From Thiobacillaceae bacterium (GTDB lineage: Bacteria > Pseudomonadota > Gammaproteobacteria > Burkholderiales > Thiobacillaceae), in NCBI GenBank assembly GCA_035332045.1, contig DAOQNK010000005.1, positions 1 through 49,690 on the forward strand: a stretch of 49,690 bases of DNA, written 5' to 3'. Shown piece by piece: positions 41,547 through 49,690 of the stretch; positions within the stretch are counted from its first letter, which is position 1; each line of letters begins with the position of its first letter. The position numbers and the translations under genes are program-made. The notes beneath the pieces are model-generated. The model saw only the letters and a program-made list of their open reading frames with translations, was not told where the DNA came from and made no database searches.

Positions 41547-41990
41547 ATGACCCACTTCGCCAAACTCTTTGCCCTCGGCCTGGCCGCGCTTTGCACAATG
41601 CCGACCGCCCAAGCCGCCGGCACCCTGTCCGCCAACTGCAATGTGACTGTGGACTACCTCTACAACGGCGCCCTGGTGGAGGAATACGTCAAGGCGTTCG
41701 TGGTCCAGCAAGGGGTCGCTTTCGTGGACGACTTCTCTACCACCACCCGCGCCAAGGTGTTTACCGCCAACATGCTGCGGGAAGGCGGCAAGCCCGTGGT
41801 GGCCATCGATTACTTCAATGACGTCGGCGTGTTCGTCTCCATCGGCTTCGACGCCAAGCTGGTCCTGCATGGCGCCACCAGCGAAAGCACCACGGGCAGC
41901 CACGCCACCTACATCTCCACCGGGGTTGCGCCCACTTCCGTAGGTGGCACTCACGAGACCGCCTACACCCTGGTGTGCACCCGGGCCTAA
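41547..41990 (+). CDS. Small secreted protein of unknown function
   Basis: GGAGAG lies 6 nt before the ATG. The signal peptide is MTHFAKLFALGLAALCTMPTAQA. The mature part is about 124 aa with two Cys (one near each end) and no motif I recognise. Confidence 0.6.
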   Translation: MTHFAKLFALGLAALCTMPTAQAAGTLSANCNVTVDYLYNGALVEEYVKAFVVQQGVAFVDDFSTTTRAKVFTANMLREGGKPVVAIDYFNDVGVFVSIGFDAKLVLHGATSESTTGSHATYISTGVAPTSVGGTHETAYTLVCTRA

Positions 41991-42009
41991 GCGGGTAAGA
42001 AGGCACCCC

Positions 42010-44924
<2,915 letters not shown>

Positions 44925-44936
44925 GCCGGCTTCGCG

Positions 44937-45530
44937 CTACACCGCCCGCCGATCCAGCAGGGCCTGGGCGATGGTCATGCCATCCACGTGTTCCAGCTCG
45001 CCCCCCGCCGGCAGGCCCCGGGCAATGCGGGTGACCTTCAGTCCCCGGGCCTTCAGCAGTTCTCCGGCATAGTGGGCCGTGGCTTCGCCCTCGGCGGTGA
45101 AATTGGTGGCCAGGATGACCTCCTCGGTGTCGCCGTCCCGGGCCCGCTCGATGAGCCGCTCCAGCCCGATCTCCCTGGGGCCGATGCCATCGAGGGGAGA
45201 AAGGCGGCCCATCAGCACGAAATAGAGCCCCCGGTAGGCCTGGGTCTCTTCAAGCCGGTTCAGGTCGGCGGGCATTTCCACCACGCACAGCTGCCGGGCA
45301 TCCCGGCGGGGATTGGCGCAGGTATCACAGACGGCGGTCTCGCTGAAGTTGTTGCAGCGTTCGCAATGATGCAATTTTTCCAGGGCGGCGGTGAGGGCCA
45401 GGGACAACCGGGCCGCGCCGTTCCGGTCCCGTTGCAACAAGTGATAGGCCATGCGGGCGGCGGACTTGGGGCCCACGCCCGGCAGGACGCGCAGGGCATC
45501 GATGAGGGCACCGAGGGGAGAGGGAAGCAC
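44937..45530 (-). CDS. recR: Recombination protein RecR
   Basis: The sequence [17 protein letters not shown] is present, with a C4 zinc finger ([16 protein letters not shown]) and a Toprim region. Confidence 0.95.
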   Translation of the reverse strand: MLPSPLGALIDALRVLPGVGPKSAARMAYHLLQRDRNGAARLSLALTAALEKLHHCERCNNFSETAVCDTCANPRRDARQLCVVEMPADLNRLEETQAYRGLYFVLMGRLSPLDGIGPREIGLERLIERARDGDTEEVILATNFTAEGEATAHYAGELLKARGLKVTRIARGLPAGGELEHVDGMTIAQALLDRRAV

Positions 45531-45606
45531 TGTCGGCGAGGCGCGGGGGGTGAGGAGCGGGGAGCGGGCTTTCCCTCACTCCTTGCTCCTCATCCCATTC
45601 CGCCTT

Positions 45607-45933
45607 TCAGAAAGGCAGCTTGAAACCGGGGGGCAGGGGCAAGCCGGCGGTGGCGGCGGACATCTTCTCCTGCACCATGGCCTCCACCTTGCGCACCGCG
45701 TCATTGACGGCGGCGGCCACCAGGTCTTCCAGCATGTCCTTGTCGTCGGCCAGCAGGGAAGCGTCGATGCTGATCCGCCTGACGTCGTGCTTGCCGGTCA
45801 TGACCACCTTGACCAGGCCGGCGCCGGCGGCGCCCTCTACTTCCATCTCCGCGATCTTGGCCTGGAGCTTCTGCATGTTCTCCTGCATCTGCTGGGCCTG
45901 TTTCATCAGGTTACCGATTCCGCCTTTGATCAT
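45607..45933 (-). CDS. ybaB: Nucleoid-associated protein YbaB/EbfC
   Basis: 108 aa, ..[44 protein letters not shown].., in the conserved dnaX-ybaB-recR order. Confidence 0.9.
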   Translation of the reverse strand: MIKGGIGNLMKQAQQMQENMQKLQAKIAEMEVEGAAGAGLVKVVMTGKHDVRRISIDASLLADDKDMLEDLVAAAVNDAVRKVEAMVQEKMSAATAGLPLPPGFKLPF

Positions 45934-46024
45934 TCTGGTTTCCTTGCAGCGTTAAGGTGAAATTCCCATGGGAGCCTCCAAGCCGCATCCCCGTCTGGCT
46001 CGCCCGGGGCACGGCCTCGCCCGC

Positions 46025-47683
46025 TCATTGGCCCGTTCCCGTGCGGCGCTCGCCGGTGGCCAGGGGACGGATGTTGCCGGGCGTCGCCTCGCATTCGCGG
46101 ACCAGCGCCTGGATGAAAGGGTCGCTCCGGATCGCCGCCTCGGCCTCGCCCTGGCGTTCGGCCTGTTCCCGGGCCCTGGCAGCCGCCGGCGAGGCCGCCG
46201 TATCGGCCGCCAGCTCAAAGTCCAGTTTGACGGCTCCCCCCAGCTTGTCGGCCAGGGCGTCGCGCAGCTTGTCGCTCATGCCGGCGTTCATCAAGGTTTT
46301 CTGGCTTTCCGGCAGCCGCAAACGGAGATGATTACCGACCCGCGACACCAGTTCGCATTGCATGGCCAGTTGCCGCGCCAGGCCGGGCAGGCTTTCCGCC
46401 AGGGCGCGCCATTCGGGCGCCGGCACCGGCGTGGACTCCACCGCACCGCAGGAAACGGGGAGGGGACCTTCGTTGGCGGCAACCTGGACGCCGGCCGCTG
46501 GGCGGGTGGGCACCGCCGCGGCCAGGGCGGCTTTCGCCCCGACGCCCGGGGGCGGGCTCGAGTCCCGCCGCCGGTCGCCGCCCGGCGGGGAAGGCCCGTC
46601 GCCGGGGACGAAGGCCAGCATGCGCAGGAGGGTCATGCTGAAGCCCGCCAGCTCGTCGGGGGCCCACTCCAGGTCCCTGCGGCCCAGGGTTGCGATCTGG
46701 TATTGCAACTGCACTGTCTCCGGATCCAGGCATTCCGCCAGGGCAAACAGCCTGTCCCGCTCCGGCACATCTTCGGCCACGGCCTCGGGCACGGCCTGGG
46801 CCAGGGCAATCTGGTGCAGCAGGCCGGCCATATCCTGGAGGGCGGCATCAAAGGAAAAACCCCGGGCCGCCAGTTCGCCGGCCTCGTTCATGAGGCGGGG
46901 GCCGTCTCGCCCGGCCAGGGCTTCCAGAACCGGCAGGAGATAGGCCTGATCGATGACCCCCAGCATGGCCCGGGTGTCCGCTTCCCTGACCTGGCCGCCG
47001 CCATAGGCGATGGCCTGGTCGGTCAGGGACAGGGCGTCGCGCATGCTGCCGGCGGCCGCCCGGGCCAGCAAGGCAAGGGCGCCGGACTCGTGGGGCACCT
47101 GTTCCGTCTCCAGCACCTGTTTCAGGTGGCCCGCCACCTGACCGGGCGGCATTTGCTTGAGATTGAACTGGAGGCAGCGGGAAAGGACCGTCACCGGCAC
47201 TTTCTGGGGATCAGTGGTGGCGAGGATGAACACCACATGGCTGGGCGGCTCCTCCAGGGTCTTCAACATGGCGTTGAAGGCATTCTTGGAGAGCATGTGG
47301 ACTTCATCGATGATGAAAACCTTGTGGCGGCCCGTGGTGGGCGCGTACTGGGCGTTCTCCAGGATGTCCCGCATGTTGTCCACGCCCGTGTTGGAGGCGG
47401 CATCCAGCTCGATGAGATCCACGAAGCGGCCGCCATCGATCTCCCGGCAGGCCGAACACGTGCCGCAGGGCTCGGGTGTGACCCCCGTCTCGCAGTTCAG
47501 GCACTTGGCCAGAATGCGCGCCAGGGTGGTCTTGCCCACTCCTCGGGTGCCGGTGAACAGGTAGGCATGGTGCAGCCGGCCCCCGGCCAGGGCGTTGGAG
47601 AGCGCCCGCACTACATGCTCCTGCCCGACCAGCTGGTCGAAGCGCTTGGGACGCCATTTGCGGGCGAGGACCTGATGACTCAT
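46025..47683 (-). CDS. dnaX: DNA polymerase III subunit gamma/tau
   Basis: MSHQVLARKWRPKRFDQLVGQEHV..GTRGVGKTT..CGTCSACREI..IIDEVHMLS.. Confidence 0.95.
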   Translation of the reverse strand: MSHQVLARKWRPKRFDQLVGQEHVVRALSNALAGGRLHHAYLFTGTRGVGKTTLARILAKCLNCETGVTPEPCGTCSACREIDGGRFVDLIELDAASNTGVDNMRDILENAQYAPTTGRHKVFIIDEVHMLSKNAFNAMLKTLEEPPSHVVFILATTDPQKVPVTVLSRCLQFNLKQMPPGQVAGHLKQVLETEQVPHESGALALLARAAAGSMRDALSLTDQAIAYGGGQVREADTRAMLGVIDQAYLLPVLEALAGRDGPRLMNEAGELAARGFSFDAALQDMAGLLHQIALAQAVPEAVAEDVPERDRLFALAECLDPETVQLQYQIATLGRRDLEWAPDELAGFSMTLLRMLAFVPGDGPSPPGGDRRRDSSPPPGVGAKAALAAAVPTRPAAGVQVAANEGPLPVSCGAVESTPVPAPEWRALAESLPGLARQLAMQCELVSRVGNHLRLRLPESQKTLMNAGMSDKLRDALADKLGGAVKLDFELAADTAASPAAARAREQAERQGEAEAAIRSDPFIQALVRECEATPGNIRPLATGERRTGTGQ

Positions 47684-47773
47684 GCGGGTAGCGAGGCGTT
47701 AGGCGTGAAGCGCGAGGCGGCAAGACCGCGGGTCGTTCCACCCGCTCTTGACGCCTTGCCCCTCACCGAATTC

Positions 47774-47875
47774 GGGGTGGCGAGCCTGACCCCCGGCACT
47801 GGCATCGATCGCTGTGGCTGCTTCCTTCCGGACCTGACCAGGTTCACGACTTAGCCATGCGGGGAGACCCGCCAC
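47774..47875 (-). ncRNA. ffs: Signal recognition particle RNA (4.5S type)
   Basis: The minus strand contains CCUGGUCAGGUCCGGAAGGAAGCAGCCACAGC, the universally conserved SRP domain IV. The 5' GUGGCGGGUCUCCCCGCAUGGC pairs with the 3' GCCAGUGCCGGGGGUC..CUCGCCAC. A TAGAAT -10 box lies just upstream, and the position upstream of dnaX is classical. Ends are +/- 5 nt. Confidence 0.85.
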
Positions 47876-47921
47876 GGGGCATTCTAGCATGGCCCGGCGG
47901 GCCGCCGCCCCGGGCGTCGCC

Positions 47922-48998
47922 CTATTCGTCCTCGGCCGGGGTGGTGACCCGCCGGGCCCGCACGGCCTCGGCCAATTGGCGCAGCAGGGGCTCGGTGGCA
48001 TCCCAGCCGACGCAGGCATCGGTGACCGAAACGCCGTAGGCCAGGGCCTTGCCCGGCTGGGCATCCTGCCGGCCGGGATTGAGGTGGCTTTCGATCATCA
48101 CGCCCATGATCCGGCGGTCGCCGCCGGCGATCTGGCCGGCCACGTCGGCCCCCACGTCCACCTGGCGCTGGTATTGCTTGCTGGAGTTGGCATGGGAGAA
48201 GTCGATCATCACCACCTGCCGCAAGCCGGCGTTGGCCAGTTCCCCGCAGGCGGCGTTGACGCTGGTGGCGTCGTAGTTGGGCTGCTTGCCGCCGCGCAGG
48301 ATCACGTGGCAGTCCTCGTTGCCGGCGGTCTTGAACACCGCCACGTGGCCGGACTTGGTGATGGAGATGAAATGATGGCGGGCGGCGGCGGCCTTGATGG
48401 CGTCGACGGCGATCCTCAGGTTGCCGTCGGTACCGTTCTTGAAGCCCACCGGGCAGGACAAACCCGAGGCCAGCTGACGGTGGGACTGGGATTCGGTCGT
48501 GCGGGCGCCGATGGCCCCCCAGGCCACCAGGTCGGCGATGTACTGGGGCGAGATCAGGTCCAGGAATTCCGTGCCGCAGGGCAATCCCGTTTCGTTGATT
48601 TCGAGCAGGAGCTTGCGGGCCAGGCGCAGGCCCTCGTTGATGTCGAAGCTCTCATCCATGTGGGGATCGTTGATGAGCCCTTTCCAGCCCACCGTGGTGC
48701 GGGGCTTCTCGAAGTAGACCCGCATGACCACGATCAGGTCCCGTTCCAGCTCATCGGCCAGGGCCTTGAGGCGGCCGGCATAGTCCAGGGCGGCCTTGGG
48801 GTCGTGGATGGAGCAGGGCCCCACTACCACCACCAGGCGATCGTCGGCGCCCCGCAATACGTCGTGGATGCGGTTGCGGGCCTGGAAGGTGGTGCGCAGG
48901 GCGGTTTCGCTGGCCTTCAGCTCGCGCATCAGTTGCATGGGAGCGAGGAGTTCGTCGCCCTGCTCGATGCGGGTGTCGTCGGTACGGAAATGGGTCAT
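47922..48998 (-). CDS. aroG: Class I 3-deoxy-7-phosphoheptulonate (DAHP) synthase; feedback specificity not determinable from sequence by eye
   Basis: LVVVVGPCSIHDP, VMRVYFEKPRTTVGWKGLINDPHMD, WGAIGARTTESQSHRQLASGLSCPVGFKNGTDG and IDFSHANS are present. The protein is collinear with E. coli AroG. Confidence 0.95.
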   Translation of the reverse strand: MTHFRTDDTRIEQGDELLAPMQLMRELKASETALRTTFQARNRIHDVLRGADDRLVVVVGPCSIHDPKAALDYAGRLKALADELERDLIVVMRVYFEKPRTTVGWKGLINDPHMDESFDINEGLRLARKLLLEINETGLPCGTEFLDLISPQYIADLVAWGAIGARTTESQSHRQLASGLSCPVGFKNGTDGNLRIAVDAIKAAAARHHFISITKSGHVAVFKTAGNEDCHVILRGGKQPNYDATSVNAACGELANAGLRQVVMIDFSHANSSKQYQRQVDVGADVAGQIAGGDRRIMGVMIESHLNPGRQDAQPGKALAYGVSVTDACVGWDATEPLLRQLAEAVRARRVTTPAEDE

Positions 48999-49030
48999 GT
49001 GAGGTTCCTTGTCGATGCCGGCCCTGAAAC

Positions 49031-49057
49031 GAAAAACCGCCAGGGTCCTGGCGGTTT
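49031..49057 (-). terminator. Rho-independent terminator / candidate attenuator upstream of the DAHP synthase gene
   Basis: The minus strand reads ACCGCCAG-GACC-CTGGCGGT followed by TTTTTCGTTTC. An 8-bp stem ends about 35 nt before the aroG ATG. Confidence 0.75.
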
Positions 49058-49086
49058 CACGGGGGGCAAGCTACGACTGCAGTGGA

Positions 49087-49155
49087 TCAGCGCCTCCCGG
49101 CCGCCTGGGCCAGGAAGAGGGTAAATCGAAAAAAGCGCTGATGAATCAGGGTCAT
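49087..49155 (-). CDS. Candidate 22-codon Phe-rich leader peptide
   Basis: ATG ACC CTG ATT CAT CAG CGC TTT TTT CGA TTT ACC CTC TTC CTG GCC CAG GCG GCC GGG AGG CGC TGA translates to MTLIHQRFFRFTLFLAQAAGRR. It ends about 30 nt before the terminator. There is no convincing SD. Confidence 0.4.
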   Translation of the reverse strand: MTLIHQRFFRFTLFLAQAAGRR

Positions 49156-49211
49156 GGGCCGGATGCTAACAGAGCGTGTTGCGCCGCCACAAGCCGGCCC
49201 CTTGATCCCGA

Positions 49212-49690
49212 TCAACCCACCTTGGGCAGGCGATGCAGCGCCGCCTCGATCTCGTGCTCCGGATAGGCGTAGTCCTCGAGCTTGCCGGCGAAGTAGGCAT
49301 CGTAGGAGGCCATGTCGAAGTGGCCGTGGCCCGACAGGTTGAAGAACAGGGTCTTCGGCTCGCCGCTCGCCTTGCAGCGCAGGGCCTCGTCGATGCAGGC
49401 GCGGATGGCATGGCAGGATTCTGGCGCGGGGATGATGCCCTCGGCCCGGGCGAAGGTGACGCCGGCCTCGAAGGTGGCCAGTTGCGGCACCGCCACCGCC
49501 TCGATGAGTCCTTCCTTGTAGAGCTGGGACACCAGGGGGGAGTCGCCGTGGTAGCGCAGGCCGCCGGCATGGATGCCCGGCGGCACGAAGTCGTGGCCCA
49601 GGGTGTACATGAGCATCAGCGGGGTGTAGCCGGAAGCGTCGCCGTAGTCGTAGGCGTAGTGGCCCCGGGTCAGGGTGGGGCAGGAATCCG
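49212..49690 (-). CDS. TrpB-like PLP-dependent enzyme (tryptophan synthase beta-chain-like, TrpB2 type); the N-terminal part lies outside the window
   Basis: The C-terminal sequence reads ..[62 protein letters not shown].. The reading frame stays open to the window edge. Confidence 0.85.
   Translation of the reverse strand, partial: DSCPTLTRGHYAYDYGDASGYTPLMLMYTLGHDFVPPGIHAGGLRYHGDSPLVSQLYKEGLIEAVAVPQLATFEAGVTFARAEGIIPAPESCHAIRACIDEALRCKASGEPKTLFFNLSGHGHFDMASYDAYFAGKLEDYAYPEHEIEAALHRLPKVG

Noticed and set aside
46025-47683. A programmed -1 frameshift site in dnaX (E. coli-type A AAA AAG with a downstream hairpin) producing gamma.
   Set aside because: No A-rich heptanucleotide slippery site is visible on the coding strand. 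The nearest homopolymer-like run (GGG TTT TTC C, around 46855-46865) is not a recognised slippery motif and has no obvious downstream stem.

Overview
This is a GC-rich proteobacterial chromosomal segment, probably betaproteobacterial judging by gene content. It is densely coded on both strands. I found no transposase, integrase or phage genes, no tRNA or rRNA genes and no CRISPR array, so nothing marks it as a mobile island. Many long ORFs in the supplied track are off-frame or antisense shadows of real genes, a high-GC artefact. I called genes from recognisable motifs, signal peptides and start/stop coupling.

Gene order:
- 1-8.7 kb: a partial OmpR-type response regulator, then yjcH-actP (acetate permease), a tiny Ala/Lys/Pro-rich secreted protein, a QseBC-like two-component pair, a cNMP/CBS/DUF294 nucleotidyltransferase with a DnaQ-like exonuclease, and an orphan DUF4212 small subunit.
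- 8.9-14.6 kb: nhaD, an HPP protein, a tandem USP, an MFS transporter and a TonB-like protein.
- 14.6-17.8 kb: a chromate cluster, chrB-chrA-rhodanese-ChrB_C.
- 17.9-25.5 kb: a PAS/GGDEF/EAL protein, an orphan histidine kinase, moaD, mobB, moaA and gluQ.
- 25.5-35.2 kb: an 'exosortase A system-associated' cassette (ACP, two hydrolases, acyl ligase, PLP decarboxylase) with a coupled TPR-like protein, an AT3 acyltransferase, an SGNH esterase and an AsnB-like enzyme. No exosortase gene is in the window.
- 35.2-42 kb: a periplasmic glutaredoxin-like protein, prlC, a gamma-CA-like protein, a GAF protein, a PEP-CTERM protein, a thioredoxin-TPR protein and a secreted protein behind a sigma-54-type promoter.
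- 42-49.7 kb: purB, an HDOD-GAF protein, recR, ybaB, dnaX, SRP RNA (ffs), a DAHP synthase and a partial TrpB-like gene.

Most interesting observations:
- The exosortase-A-type cassette has no characterised function that I know of. Both of its 'hydrolases' have non-canonical residues at the expected nucleophile position (Cys and Arg).
- A Phe-rich 22-codon leader ORF plus a terminator sits upstream of the DAHP synthase gene.
- ActP carries an insertion of about 124 aa whose composition is echoed by the neighbouring tiny secreted protein.
- The conserved but uncharacterised cNMP-CBS-DUF294 / exonuclease pair is present.

All homology statements come from my own reading of the translations and need database confirmation.
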